Below, in pieces: positions 24,001 to 39,000 of a DNA stretch of 64,000 bases; positions within the stretch are counted from its first letter, which is position 1, and each line of letters opens with the position of its first letter. The translations under genes were made by a program, and so were the position numbers. This stretch comes from Amoebophrya sp. A120 (Eukaryota > Protista > Dinoflagellata): contig CAJINV010000006.1 in assembly GCA_905178155.1 (NCBI GenBank), positions 1,613,876 through 1,677,875 on the forward strand. The letters run 5' to 3'. The notes below the pieces were generated by a model. The model saw only the letters and a program-made list of their open reading frames with translations. It did no database searches and was not told where the DNA came from.

Positions 24001-27000
24001 GAGCCTATTTAGGGTTTGGGGTAGAGCTGCTAAAGGAGCACGACAAAAGCAGTCGTCTGTGCCCAAACAGCATGACAAATTGGATTTTTCCGGTGCTCCG
24101 GAAATTTGTCATGTGCCGCTTGGAAATTAGTCTTCCAACTCGTATCCATTTTATGCATGGCAAATCATTTCAACTTTGTCGATTTCAAACCTGACGCTTC
24201 CATACCACCCGGACGCGAGGCACTACATCAACAATCCTTCACGACAATCCCGTCGGGGACCAGGACACCGTGATCCCCAGACCGACAATCCGCGCCGGAA
24301 GTACACGGAGTGCAGGACCAGCAAATGCCCAGTCGATTGCGAACTTGAGTCGCACTGGAGCACTGTATCCCCTTCGATAGCAGGTCCTGATGCAGCTTCT
24401 TCGGGGTTCTTGCAGAAGTTTGGCGACATCCTATCCTGAGTAAAAACGTACCCACACCAGAGTCAAGATGGGGAATCGGCTAGACAAATCCACAAGTTTT
24501 GTCTGTTTTGCATGACAAATTTGGATTCGTAGTATAGTGCTGCTTGCGCTAGCTCAGCAGCATCACATATCTAGCATACAATGCTGATTGGAGCATGACA
24601 AGTTGCAAAACACGACTAGAAAATGCTTCTCATGGAGCTCCGCATGAGAAACATTTTCAGCATGCAGATTTGCATTACAACTCTGGTGTGGGTACGTTTT
24701 TACTCAGGATACATCCAAGAACGAGGAATCAATGACAAGAACGATCCATGGAAAAATTATCAAAAGTAAAAATGTCTGGGTCTGGAAACTTGTGATGCTG
24801 GGTGGAGTCTCATGATGAGGCTACAGATGCTGGCTCAGCATGACAAGTTTCTGAGCTCCTAGGTGTTGCCTACTCTGCATGACAAACTGCGCTTCTGCAT
24901 CACAGAAAAACGGAGCTCTTGGGTAACGTGCATGACAGATTTAAGAGTCATGCCAGACAAGCATGACAAACATGAATTCTTCCAGACCCAGACATTTTTA
25001 CAGTTGATAAAAATAGCACTTCCGCGATTTATTTTCCGACAGCAGGTGTTGGCGCAGGAGCTTCTTCGACGTTTTTGCAGATGAAGAACTATGTCGACAT
25101 CCAGGAAGGAATCAACCGCGGGCTTTATAATGACGGGGAATGGAACACTGCGGACCCCAACAAGTGGTTCGGGCCCTTCCCTGCGGCGCTGCAGAAAGTG
25201 ATGCGTATGGCGTTCTCAACTGTTACATTCTCAACTGTTACATGAATTTGTGATGCATGAATGGCAAAAGTGGAAGGGGAGAGCTTGAGCGTCTTGCATG
25301 ACAGACTTGGCCCAGATTTAGACGCTGTTTAGCCATTCGAGAATTTGTCATGCGAAGCAGCTTGATCGTCTGGTGGCTCATCGTCATACTGCATGACAAA
25401 TCATGTAACAGTTCAGGATGTATCAATTGAGAGTCCCATAATGCGCGAGGAGTTTGGAAATAACAACGAAAAGTTTGATCTCTATACGGGCGAGACGGAG
25501 CTGTTTTTGCAGGACAATGAGCAGGGCCGCGAAAGCCGCTTTGGGCAATTTCCATACCATGACACCTGGCTGAATCCAAGGGAGCTGAGTGTGTGCGAAC
25601 AAAAGCTTTTTATGCTTGCGTTCAATGCTTACGCCAATGCTCACTTGGATGCCACTCAACCACTGAAAGCGAGTAAAATGGCACAGTATCAAAGTGCGCT
25701 TCAAGGGATCAATACAAAAGAACTGGCCGAGAAGTTCCGCGGCTATATATGGTCTGAAGGCTATTGCAAAAATATGCCTGCCGAATGCAAATATCGGTTG
25801 GGGTGGCGAGAACAGTGCGCGTCCCTCGAACCCGTTCCTGCTCCTGCTCCTGGTCCCACTGCTCCCACCGAAAATGATGTCGACCCCGCCTCGCTTGCGT
25901 CCTGTATTTTGCGAGGAAGTAAGCCGGAGCAGGGTCCGCACGTGTTCGAAATAAACAATGTCAATTACTACTGCCGTTTGAAAGACGAGCGGTACTTCAA
26001 GAAGAAAATTCTGAAAATCAAAACCCACCCCTCCACGGACACGACGCCAAAGGGGAAAGCTTGTCCCGCGAAGCTGTGTGACGAAGAGAACATACTATGG
26101 ATTGTAAAAATGTCTGGGTCTGGAAGGACGCGAACTTGTCATGCTAAGGCTGGATAGTACATGAATTTGTGTTGCATGATTGCCAAAAGGTGTCCACTTT
26201 TGAACAAGTTTAGAGGCAGTTTGTCATGCAGGATATTAGACATGATAGAGACTTCGAAGAATCTGTCATGCTAGGTCCTGCCTTACAGACCTCATGGGGC
26301 ATGGAAAATATGCATGACAAGTTTGCAATCTTCAGACCCAGACATTTTTACATTTGATACATACAAGATTGCGACAAAACCGAGGTGAACGAGTTTCACG
26401 ATTACGCTATCCTGAGTAAAAACGTACCCACACCAGAATTGTAATGCAGATTTGCAAAGACAGGAAGACTTGTAATGCGCATCCGCATGAGAGCCATTTC
26501 CAATCGTGTTTTGGAATTTGTGATGTTGTGAACAGGATGAGCAGATGAATCTGTGACGCGGCTGCACTGGCTAACCTGCACTACATTGCAGAGTGCAACT
26601 GGTCATGCGTGACTCACAAAGCCCCTAGGTTTGTGTTGCAAAATCCCCATCCTGACTCTGGTGTGGGCACGTTTTTACTCAGGATATACGCCGCCTGCGC
26701 GGCCCTCGAACGCTGCTCGCCCAAATGCGCGGCCGAGTTTGGAGAGTATGAGCTAATTCCCACCCCTGATTATGATTGCTTCCGCGGGGGCGGGGATTCA
26801 GATTCATCCACCCGGCCGGTATCCTGCGAAGTAGAGGAAGACGTAGTCGTTATCCTGAGCAAAAACGTCCCCACCCCAGAGTCAAGATGGGGGTATCGCA
26901 ACAGAAGTCGAAAAGTCCTGGGAGTCAAGCATGACAAGTTTCTCTCTGTATTGTCGTGCAGTTTAGCAAGTACAGCCGCAACACAAATCTATCTACTCAT

Positions 27001-30000
27001 CCTGTTTACAGCATTACACAGTCCAAAACACGATAGGAAATGCCTCTCATGGGGATGCGCATTACAAATCTTCCTGTAACTGCAAATCTGCATGACAACT
27101 ATGGGGTGGGGACGTTTTTACTCAGGATAGTCGTCAAAGACGGTGTGATTTTTTCCCTTCACGTAAAGGAGCACAATTACTACAAAATACGTGCACTGAC
27201 AAGCAGCCACGGCGGTGCCACCTGCCCGGTCGACGAGGATAGGGTGTGCAAGGAGGTTATCAAATGCAAAAATGTCTGGGTCTGGAAGAATCCGAACTTG
27301 TGATGCACATTTCAGAACACAGAAAAATCTCTCATGCATGGGTACTAGCAAAAGCTGCCCACTTTCTGTCACCAAAGCGGGGCGACATTTGTCATGGGGA
27401 TTCGGCATTGCGGAAGCTTCTCGAAACCTGTAATGCTAGAGCTTCCATGCCAGACCTTCTGTCTCATGCAAAAACAGCATGACTCTTCCAGACCCAGACA
27501 CTTTTACATTTGATAGAGGTGGTCTTCTTCTTCGGGATGTCGGAAACGCAAAAGAAGGAAAAAGAAGAACAATTATCAAATGTAAGAACTTCTGGGTCTG
27601 GAAGAATGCAAGATTTGTGATGCAGGTTTTCCATGACCCATGAGGTCTGGAATGCGAGACCCAGCATGACAGATTTTTTGAGGTCTCTATCATGCCTTTC
27701 CTGCGTGAGAAACTCCCTCTCAACTAGGTCGAAAGCGGACAGCTTTCGGTACTCACGCAACACAGATGTTTGCATCATTCGGATTTAGGAGCATGACAAG
27801 TTCTAATCCTCCAGACCCCGACATTTTTACATTTGATAACAATGCTATCGAGACCTTCTCTCCGGCATGTACCACGATTTCACCGAGTCGGAAAATTGCG
27901 AGAACCAGCTTCCCCCCTGCCCAAGGGACTGCGTGACTGGGGAGTGGAATCTGCTAAGCGCAGGCGGTAGCAGTCCGGATTCTTCATCGAACACGGCGGA
28001 GCAGCAAGCGGATCAGAACCAAACGACCCCCCCGCCAGAGTCTACGACGAGAAAAAGGCAGCGGCTCGAGTACGGAGGCAGTGCCACGGCGCACTTCGGA
28101 AGGCCCCCGTTGCATCGGATTCCGAATGCCGAAGGGACGTCGTTCACCATGGAGAAGCCTACGCATGCCCTTCCGCCCGGCGCGGACCTGGAGAAAACCA
28201 GAGCGGATTCGCGGTGTCACACCGACTATCAAGTGGAAAAATGTCTGGGTCTACTGGAAGATTGCCAGGTTTGTGGTCATGCATTTTTTGCATAGCCCAT
28301 GATGCCTGCAATGCATGGCCGAGCATCACAGATTTTTAAAGAAGGGCTTTCTGATGCGTATAATTCCGCATGAGAAGCGCCCACTCCTCGTAGCACAAAC
28401 TGAACTCCTCTTGCTGGTCATGCAATACAGATTTTTTTGGAATCCAAATGCAGCATCACAAGTTCGGATTCTTCCAGACCCAGACACTTTTACATTTGAT
28501 ACCGACCAGTGTTTGGACGAGGACGGGAACGACGGGCGACCCGTATCCTGTGCAAAAGTATCCGATACTCGTAGTTGTATTAATCGCAATTATGCATGAC
28601 GAATCTTTTTCTTAAGGTAAAACAGCATTACAAATTCCATTTCTAATGCTGAGGGAATTACTACTTATTTGTGATGCTATAATTTCTACTAGTACGTTAC
28701 TTTTGCAGGAGTTCATAACCCGACGAAGAGGGCAACTGCCGAATCAGGGCCTCCGCGGAGTCTGTAAAAGCCATGGACATGCACCCCCAAGACTTGACGA
28801 CGCCCACGACCGGCGCGGGAACAAGAAGACTACACCTTGGCAGTTTCTGCAAACCCGGATATTGGAATCGCTACGACCACCGGTACATAGACAAGGTCTG
28901 GTTGCAGTACCGGCAGATAGACGAGGTCTGGCACAGCACCTACCATGTCTGTTGCGTCAAGTACCACCCCGCGACTTCTACTGACGGAGAGGACTGCTAT
29001 CGGGAAGCGCATGAAGAGGACCACGCGTCTTCATCCACGACCGGGGAGGAAGGAGCTGCTCCACCTGCTATCCGCGATCTTCATCCGGTGACGTGCAAGA
29101 TCAAAGACGAGGACTACTACAAGATTCGCCAGGTCCAAATCTTAGTGCCGGCGAAACACGTATGGAAGTGTCAGAATCGAAATTGACAAAATCGAGAAGC
29201 TTGTGATGCGCAAAATCGACGCCACTTAGAGCCACAGTTTGTAGTCGGCGCATGACAATAAATTCTCCCCGTCCTGGAAGCGAATCTGTCATGCGGTCTA
29301 AGGAAAAAGAGCTGCCTTCTGTCATGCTAGTCAGCAGCCCAACACTCAAACCCTTACCAGGACGACAAGCCGCCTTCCTTGCATCCTCTGCAATAGAGTC
29401 GCTTTTTGCGTAGCATTTTATGCATTACATTTACAGATCATTTCGATTTTGTCGATTTCGATCCTGACACTCCCATAACACGACGGAAAGAAATGCCCGG
29501 ACAAGGAAGCTTTATGCGACACGAAGCTTTTATTACATCAGAGTACTTCTTCTAACAATAAGAGGAAAGTGGAGGAACTGTGTTTGCAAAAGCACTTCAA
29601 GTTTTACCGCGATTTTCGCGCCGGCGCAGAATGTGGCGACACTAACACCGACACCCTGCCAAACCTGCCGTTTTGCCCGATTGATTGTGTCTTAGAGGAT
29701 TCGTTCACTTCTCTGAAGCCGTCAGATGAAGAGGACTTCCCCGGAGGTGGAGCAACTTCCGGCACCACCTCCAGTGGCACCACGACAAGTTCCACTCCGT
29801 TTGCGCAATGCGTGCGTGACGTAGCAGGACCACCTGGTGAAGATGCCGGCGCGAACAAAGAAACCACGATATCCTGTTTAAAAACGTTCCCACACCGGAG
29901 TCAAGATTGGGAAATCTGCTACACAAATCAACCAGCCTTGGTTGTCTGGCATGACAAGTTTGTCCTCGTTGTGTAAAAATCCTGTTTAGCTAGTTCGGAA

Positions 30001-33000
30001 GCGTCACAGATCTAGCAGAGCATGCTGATTCTAGCATCACAAAGTCCACAACACGAATAGAAAACGCTTCTCATAGGCCTCCGCATGAGAAACATTCTTC
30101 GCATGCAGAATTGCATGACAACTCTGGGGTGGGCACGTTTTTACTCGGGATACACGACAAAAAAGCCCCACGTGAACCGCCTGCACCCGGAGGAAATATC
30201 CTGTGCAAAAGTATCGTACTCGTATTGCAATCATGCAATACAAATATCTTAAGGTAGATTCGCATTACAAATTTTATTTCTCATGCTGCGGAAATTTGTA
30301 ATGCATTTATACGATGAATACGATACTTCTGCAATGCATAGGAAAACGATGCCGACCATTTCTGCAAGAAGCCGAATGAAGAGTACTACGAGCGCAAGGT
30401 TAGAAAGGTGAAAGAAAGCCCGCAACACGGTGGAGCAGAGTGCGCTACGGGGGTTTGTGACGGGAAGAAGAAGGACAGCAGCACCGAGTGCTATTGCAGT
30501 GAAAAGTGCCCCCCACCCCTGAAAGTGCAAAATTTGTGATGCGAAGTTTCCAAATGAAAACTTTCTGTCATGCATGGAAGGAGTATGGATGTTTCTGATG
30601 CAGAGTCTAGGCATGTATCGCATCGCCTGCATGACAAGCGCCGCTCTTGCTGGGGCCTTTTGCAATACAAATTTTTGCTATTCACGATTGAAAACCTGTG
30701 ATGCTGATAGATGCAAGAGCGCGAATGTTTCATTTGGAAAGGTTTGCAATACAAATGCTTTCAAGTTCGGGGGTGGGGGCAATTTTCCTCGCGATAAGTG
30801 CGATCTAGCAACGGACCGGTTCTACAAAGACTACAAGGCCTGTGAGGCGTATGGATGTGTCAGGTTTGAAATTATCGACAAAGTTGAAATAATTTGTAAT
30901 GCATAAAATGGATGCCAGTTGGAACCCAGTTGCCAAGTGGCGCATGACAAATTTCGGTGGTCCCTAAATCCAGTTTGTCATGCTGTTTAGGCAAAGAAGA
31001 GCGATTTTCTCATGCTACTTTAGCAGCTCGATCTGTAACCCCAAACAGGCTGACAATCGGCCTCACTTGCCTGCTCTGCAACACACGTACCTCGGGTCAT
31101 GCATTTTATGCATGCCAAACTATTTCAACTTTGACGATTTCAAACCTGACACATCCATAAGGCGCTGAAGCCCTGCCCCATCGACTGCGAGCTTGGTGCG
31201 GAGTGGATTGTTATCAAATGCAAAAATGTCTGGATCTGGAAGAATGCCAGACTTGTCATGCAGGTTTTCCATGACCCATGAGGTCTGGCATGTAGGACAT
31301 AGCATGACAGATTCTGTGAGAGTTCTATCATGCCTGTCCTGCATGAGAAACTGCCTTTCGATTAGGTCAAAAGTGGACAGCTTTTGGCATATCATGCAAC
31401 ACAGATTTTTACATGATTCAGATTTAGCATGACAGGTGGCGTTGTTCCAGAGGACCCAGACACTTTTGCGCTTGATGATCGTAGGCTATGAGTCAATTTT
31501 CAAAACATCGACGACGTATCTGAGCGAGGAAGAGGCAAGAGGGAAAGCAATGAACGACCGCTGCCGCTCCAGCGCTGTGCAGTGGAGCACGTCGGCGGGT
31601 AGTGCCATCGCCTGCTCCACCATCTGCGACCCTCGTCAGGACGCTATCCTGAGTAAAAACGTACCCACACCAGAGTTGTCATGCAAATCTGCATGCCAAA
31701 AAAGTTCGTCGTCTCTTCCGTGAGAACAAAAACGTAAGGCGTAAAATGGGTCGGGTCCTGGATCGTTCTGTATGTTGGGCTGTCGCGCTCGGCTAGCTGG
31801 CCGGGCTGTACTGATCAGGTGTGGTGGGTAGCTCCCGACTGGTTGGTACTTTTCATGGGGCGACTTGCCGTGGTAGCGCTCGGCTTTTGTATGATGAGGT
31901 CGCCGAAAGTGCTTCCTCGCCCACCCCCCGGGGAGGGGATCCTTGACCTGTGGCGCTGGGAGCGGGTGTCCACTACATGATGATGATGATGATGATGCGG
32001 AGCGCAATGAGAGGCATTTTCTAGTCGTGCTTTGGAATTTGTGATGCTATAATCTGCATGATATACTAGATCTGTGATGCTGCTGAACTACCTAAACAGG
32101 ATTACACTACGAGGAGAAACTTGTCATGCCAAATGACCAAAGCTGGCTGATTTGTCTAGCAGATTTCCCATCTTGACTCTGGTATGGGGACGTTTTTACA
32201 GATGATAGACGCGTGGAGCTGTTTTTTCCAGCCGCAGGGACGAGATAGGGCATTCTCAGACGTCACGTTCTCAGCTCCCATTAAATAAATTTGTCATGCA
32301 AAACCACCATCAAGATTCACACGATCAAGCTGCTTCGCGTGACAAATTTGCGAAGGGCTAAACTGCATGAGGCGTCGAATCTGTAATGCGAGTGCTGCAA
32401 GCATTGCAAACTTCGGCTGTTGCTGCTCTTGCATTGCAAATTCACGTACGTGTTAACAGCTCAGAATGTAAACGTGGTTTGAAAACGCCATAAGAGAGTG
32501 CGCGTGCGTCGATCACGAGGCGGTTTATGCTCCGGACTATAAAATAAATTCAGCTTCTAGCTCAGGCGGAGAAGGAGAACAACCCCGACGGAATAAACAC
32601 AGGGAAAGTACAGATTGCTACAAAGACACAACGGGCAGTACTAGCACCGCGGCAAAAGCAAAAGCAGAAGCGAAGCCGGGGGCTGCTGCTTCCTTTCTGT
32701 CCTTCTGGTTCGCGGCGCCAGCGCCGGAGGGAGGAGGTAGAAGTACGTATGAATTGCAAAAGTGTCTGGGTCTGGAAGAATGCAAGCTTGTCATGCTTAT
32801 CTGGCATGACTCAAGAATCTGTGTTGCATAGGCACGAAAAAAGCCCTCTTACCTGTCATGCAAAAACGCAGTTTGCCATGCAGAATACGTAAGACATGGC
32901 AGCCAAAAAATTTGTCATGCATAGCTGCGAATTCCAGTGCGTCTATCATTCACTTTTAGTATTACAAGCTTCCAGACCCAGACATTTTTGCAATCCATAG

Positions 33001-36000
33001 TACTCCTGCGCCGACAGCAACCACACCGGGCACTTCCCAGTCGCCCGTAACTTGCAGGCCGGAAAGCGATATGTAATGCAAAAGCATCGTACTAGTATAA
33101 ATCGCATGACAAATTTCCTCAGCATGAGAAATGAAATTTGTAATGCAGATTTGCCTTGGGAACAAGATGCAAGATTTGCATTTATACGAGTACGATACTT
33201 TTGCACAGGATAAACGAAAGCTCCTACTACCGCGAACGCGTGCGGGAAATCAAGGTGCAGCCGGGTTTTGGCGGCGACGCGTGTCCCACGAAGGTTTGCA
33301 CGGAAACGAAGGCGGAAGATTGCGACCCCATGGAAGACTACGGGGTCTGGCGGGGGGATTATTTCGAGTGCGACCGAGATTTGCCACCCTGTCCCGTCGA
33401 TTGCGAAATGCACACCTTGCGAAATGCACACTGGACCGGGGGAGTGCCTCGACATGTCTTCCAGCCGGTGAATGCGCTTTATCCCAGCGACGTTCCTCTC
33501 ATCTCCTACGAAAAGATGGGGTTGGGCATGTGCGGCACACACGTCGCGGGGCCGATTCTTGACCCCGACTGGCGGGCGAAGCGATTCTGGCAGTGGGACG
33601 ACCGGAAGGTACTACGAGACGGCCTGGCAGCTGCTCAAGAAGGGATACCGCAGAAGTACGACGAAAGTGGTTCGTTTGTGTACTTCTCGGGCAAGAAAGA
33701 TTCTTCTCCTTTCCCACTGCCCGATAAGTACATCGAAGCGGCGAATAGCATGTGCGAACAATCGTGCACGAACAGTGAGTGGGCGGAAACCTGGGCCGGG
33801 GCCGCGGCTTGGGGAGAATTAAACGGCCAGACGTGGGACGCGTGGCGCAAAAGCCACCCATTCGGGAACGAACTGTTAATCAAAAGTAAAAATGTCTGGG
33901 TCTGGAAACTTGTGATGTAAGCCAGGGAATGCTGGGCGCACTGTCATACGTGGCCAAGCATGACAAGTTTTTGAGCTGCTACGTGTAGCGTATAATTCCG
34001 CATGGCAGACTGCGCGTTTGCATCACAGACAAAACGATCTTTTTGCATCTACGCATGACAGAGTTCCGAGTCATGTCAGACAAGCATGACAAATCTGGCA
34101 ATCTTCCAGACCCAGACAGATTTGCGATGCATAACTGTGCACGGGGTACAATTTCAAGGCGTGGGGTATGGGCGGGCTCTCAAATCGGTTACCTTCTCAA
34201 CTGTTACATGATTTGTAATGCAAAAACACTATCACTATTTACACGACCAAGCCTTCTTTGCACGACAACTTCTCGACGCGCTAAGGAGCACTTTAATCCG
34301 TCCCGAACAATCTGTAATGCAAGAAAAGGCGCAATCTTCCTTTCACTTTCGCCACTCTTGCATTACAAATTCATGTAACAGGTGAGAATGTAACGTTTGA
34401 GAACGCCATATAGGGCACCTGTTTGCTTTTCGTGACAACGATCCCGACCAAGGGCATGGGGGAAGAGCAGCCCAGTGCGAGTTGGGACGTGAATGAAATC
34501 TGGTCTAGCCTGAACGCGAACGCGAAAAAAGACCTCGTGGCCGACGTCCACTCCTGGGCCATGGCGCCGACTACTGGAACCCTCTGGCCGCCAAGCCCCT
34601 GCATGCGGAAGATCACAAAAGTGGTTGACAGGGAAAAAGTCCTCCACGCGCCGGCCTGCGTGACGGACAAGCGGGTAGAACAACCACCGCCGAGGAAAGT
34701 AGACCCGAGTAACCCGACGAAAAAATACAGCTGCGACGACGATACCTGCTACGACCGGGAAAATTGCGACGAGGACTGCTACGCCTGGTGCTGGCACCAC
34801 TGCTACTTCAACAGCGACTTTTTCGATGTGTGCGACGTGTGTACGTGCGACGAGGACACGTATGGGGTAGGGGAAAGAGCCTGCGACGCCCATGGCGGCA
34901 TGTGCTGCGCCATCGATCAGACAACACGGTATCAGTGCTTTGTGGACACGGGGGATGCAGAGGGAAGGCACGCGACGGCGGGGCAGTGTTGGGAGAGCCG
35001 GGACGACTGCCAGGCGGCGACGGACAAGTGGGGCTATGTGGGGAACGGCAAATTCTACGGCAACTGCGCCCAGGTCGGCGGCGAGGTGCCCTGGTTGTGG
35101 AAAGATGACACCGATGGCCGAGACTACCCGCTTGCAAACTCGGATGGTAGTCTCTTGCCGATCACCAAAGACCCGCACAACCGTACGCGAGAACAAAAAA
35201 ACTGTGTTAAGTGTAAGTCTGTGATGCAGAAAATGCAAAACAGTAACAGTTACGCTTGTCATGCTGCTGCACATGCGTGATAGGCTCGTTTCCTTGTACG
35301 TGTTTTCCCGTGGTCCTATCTCCGCATGACAAGTTTTTGCTGTCATGGCAGACAAATTTGTGATGCTGTTTTCCCAAAATAAGACCTACACTAACACAGT
35401 TTTTTTCTTGGAGAAACCGCGTCGTTTCCCCTCGTTGGCAACCCTACAGCAACGAGAAATTCCCGAACGAAAACAAAAACGCGGAAGCTATCCTGAGTAA
35501 AAACATCCCCACCCCATAGCTGTCGTGCAGATTTGCGATTACAGGAAGATCTGTAATGCGCATCTCCATGAGAGGCATTTCCAATCGCGTGTTGGAATTT
35601 GTAATGCTGTAAACAGGATGAACAGATGGATTTGTGACGCGGTTGCCCTTGCTAACATGCACTACACTACGGACTGCAACTTCTCATGCGTGGCTTCCAA
35701 AGCTTGTGGATTTGTCTTGCTAGGTTCCCAACTTGACTATGGGGTGGGGACGTTTTTACATAGAATAGAAGCGCCCTGGTGGGAGAGAAATGATATTAAA
35801 AGCGCTGCAGCAGCCAGTAGTTCTGACACCCGGATACTCAGACCACCTCCGGAAAAGAAAAACCGGGAACACTCCTACTCTCCGCCCCACGTGACGCCGC
35901 GAAACCACCCCGGGGGAATTTTGAGCAGCGAAAGTCGGGTGGCAAAACTCGGCAGGTTTTGCAAAATGAAGGGGGAAAATGATTACTTCCAGATTCGCCG

Positions 36001-39000
36001 TCGAGAAGTCAAAACTCCTCCGATTGGACCTGGCGCGGCCCCCTGTCCGATATGGATTGCAAAAATGTCTGGGTCGGGAAGATTGCAACTTGTCATGCTA
36101 AATCCGAATCATGCAAAAATCTGTGTTGCACGAGTGCCAAAAGCTGTCCACTTTCGACCAAGTTGGGAGGGAGTTTCTCATGTTGGATTGGCATGGCAGA
36201 GACCTCACAGAGTCTGTAATGCTAGGCTCCGCATTCCAGACCGCATGGGTCATGAAAGACCTGCATGACAAGTTTACACTCTTCCAGTCCCAGACTCAGC
36301 GAATAGTAGTGAGCATGCACCCACGGTGTGCTATTCGCACGGCCATGACACTACTGCGCGAGCACCCACAGGCTCCCAGGTGCCTAGCGCTTTGGCCAGC
36401 GTAGCACCTTGGTAGAGCCTGCGGGACCCCGTGGGCAGAAGTTCATTGCACCCAATTTGCATGTTGCGGAAGTGATAGTATAAGTAGCAGTAGTCAGTGC
36501 CGCCGGTGGACGTCATAGCATGCTTTTAATCTCTCTCCACATAGTGTATCCACGTAGTTCTCTTTTCTTTTCTTTCTTCAAAATGTTAAAGTCGTTCTCT
36601 TCCCTGCGCTGTACCATGGTCTTGCTTCCAGACAAAACACCAGACATTTTTGCATTTGATATCCGACAGGCAAGTGCAACGAGGGGAATGCAACCGGAAT
36701 TACACGGCCGGAAGACTGCGCAGCCGACGACGTGACCTACTTCGACTATACGGCCTGCTATTGTGAGGAAAAATCCCCCCTCCCCATAGTAATGAAAAGG
36801 TATGTTGCTAAAAATTTGTGATGCTGATTTGTGACCACAAATCCTGTCTCTCTTGCAAGAGGGCAAACATATAGAGTGCGCCGCTTTATGCGGGCGATTT
36901 GTAATGCTGTTGCGCTGATATGCCAGGGCTCTGCTATGCTAAGCACCTACAGCAAAACACCCCTACGCAGGCTTAGGGTTTGCCTGCAGTGCCTCCCTGC
37001 AAGACAGAGCTGATTTGTGTACACAAATCCAGCAACAGAAATTTCCGTTTCAATATGGGGAGGCGGGATTTTTCACTTTGATACCTGCGACCACTTCCCT
37101 CCATGTCCTGTTGATTGCATAGTGGGCCAGTGTATCAACTGTAAAAATGTCTGGGTCTGGAAGAATTCATGTTTGTCATGCTTGTCTGGCATGACTCTTA
37201 AATCTGTCATGCACGTTACCCAAGAGCCCCGTTATTCTGTGATGCAGAAACGCAGTTTGTCATGCAGAATAGGCAACACCTAGGAGCTCAGAAACTTGTC
37301 ATGCTGAGCCAGCATTTGTAGCCTCATCATGAGACGCCACCCAGCATCACAAGTTCCCAGACCCGGACATTTTTACTTTTGATACAGTGGTCAGAGTGGG
37401 GGACCTGCAAGCTGCGGAACGGCACGGATGTGACATGTGACGACCACTACGACGCTATCCTGATTAAAAACGTCCCCACACGAGGACCAGAGTCAAGATG
37501 GAAAATCTGCTAGACAAATCAACCAGCTTTCGCTGTTTCGCATGACAAGTCTGCTCTCGTAGTGTTGTAATCCTGTTTAGCTAGCTCAGAAGCATCACAG
37601 ATCTAGCACATCATGCTGATTCTTGCATCACAACTCTGTGGCGGGGGCGTTTTTACTCAGGATAGACGACGAAGTGCCGAAGGAAACGCGCACGCGAACC
37701 TATCAAAAGGAAAAATCCCCCCTCCCCATATCAAAACGAAAATCTGTGATGCGGGATTTGTGTACGCAAATCACCTTTGTATTGCAGAGAGGCATTGCGG
37801 CCAGATCCCCAGGCTAGGAAGGGGCGTATGGGTCTAGTTGTTCATCATGGCAAACGGTTCCCCTTTAGGCTCAACAGCATGGCAAATCGCTTCCGTAGTG
37901 GGGCAGGAGGATCTGCCCTGGTTTTCTTGCAAGACAAATTTGATTCGTGGCCTCAAATCAGCAACGCAAATTTTCGGAAACCTACCGTCTCAATATGTGG
38001 AGGGGGGATTTTTCCTTACGATAGAACCGCGACCCAGAAGCCGGAGAACGGAGGCTGGCCCTGTCCCCCGCTCGCGCGTGCGTATCGATTGCAAATCTGT
38101 CTGGGCCTGGGAAATTGCGAGATTTGTCATGCTAATAAATTTGGCATGACTCTGAACTCTGTATTGCGTGGCCGCAAAGAGCTCCTCTTCCCTGCCATGC
38201 AAAAACGCAGTTTCTCTTTCTCATGCGAAATACACAACTCAGAACCATGAAAAAAACTTGTCATGCTTGGCAGCGCATTACAGTGAGCTCACTATTCGTA
38301 TTCCCCTCCTGGAATCACAAGTTTTCAGATCCAGACATATTTGCATTTGATAAGGAGCGGAATTGCACGATAGACGGGCAGCCACTCAAGACCTGCATTA
38401 TCGACTGCGTCATGTCCGAGTGGGAACAGGAAGGACAACACTGTTTCGACCCCGCCACGAAGAAGCCCGCAACCTGCCTGGACGACCCGGACCCGGGGTT
38501 TCCCTATCCCCCCCCCGCCAATTATCCTGTGCAAAAGTATCTGATACTCGTATTGCAGTCATGCACTACAAGTCTTTTTCTTGAGGTAGATCCGCATTAC
38601 AAATTTTATTTCTCGTGCTGAGGAAATTTGTATATGCATTCACACGAGTGCGATACTTTATTTGCAGTTCATACCGATGGCGAGCCGCAGCGGCCCAAAG
38701 CGGTGCCCATGCGGAAGCTGACGAGAAAAGTGCTGGTGGAGGCCCGCCACGGTGGCAGGGCGTGCCCCACGAATCTTGAGAAGTATGCAATGTAAATTTC
38801 CTGTACATGTACAAAATGCATGACAAATTTCGCTAACTTGCAGTGTCCAACTTGTCATGCTAAACTAGGATTGAAGGCAAGTTTTGTCATGCAGAGACTG
38901 CATTTGTTTTTGTACGTGTACGGGAAATTTACTGTGGATAAGAAGGAGGTGGAGTGCACCTTTGACAAAGACCCGAAACTACCGAACACGGACGTATGAA

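Noticed and set aside
31885-31920. Hammerhead-ribozyme-like core (TGATGA-GGTCGCC-GAAA) in the retroposon-like insert
   Set aside because: The C of CUGANGA is missing and I could not find a convincing stem I. A covariance-model search would be needed.
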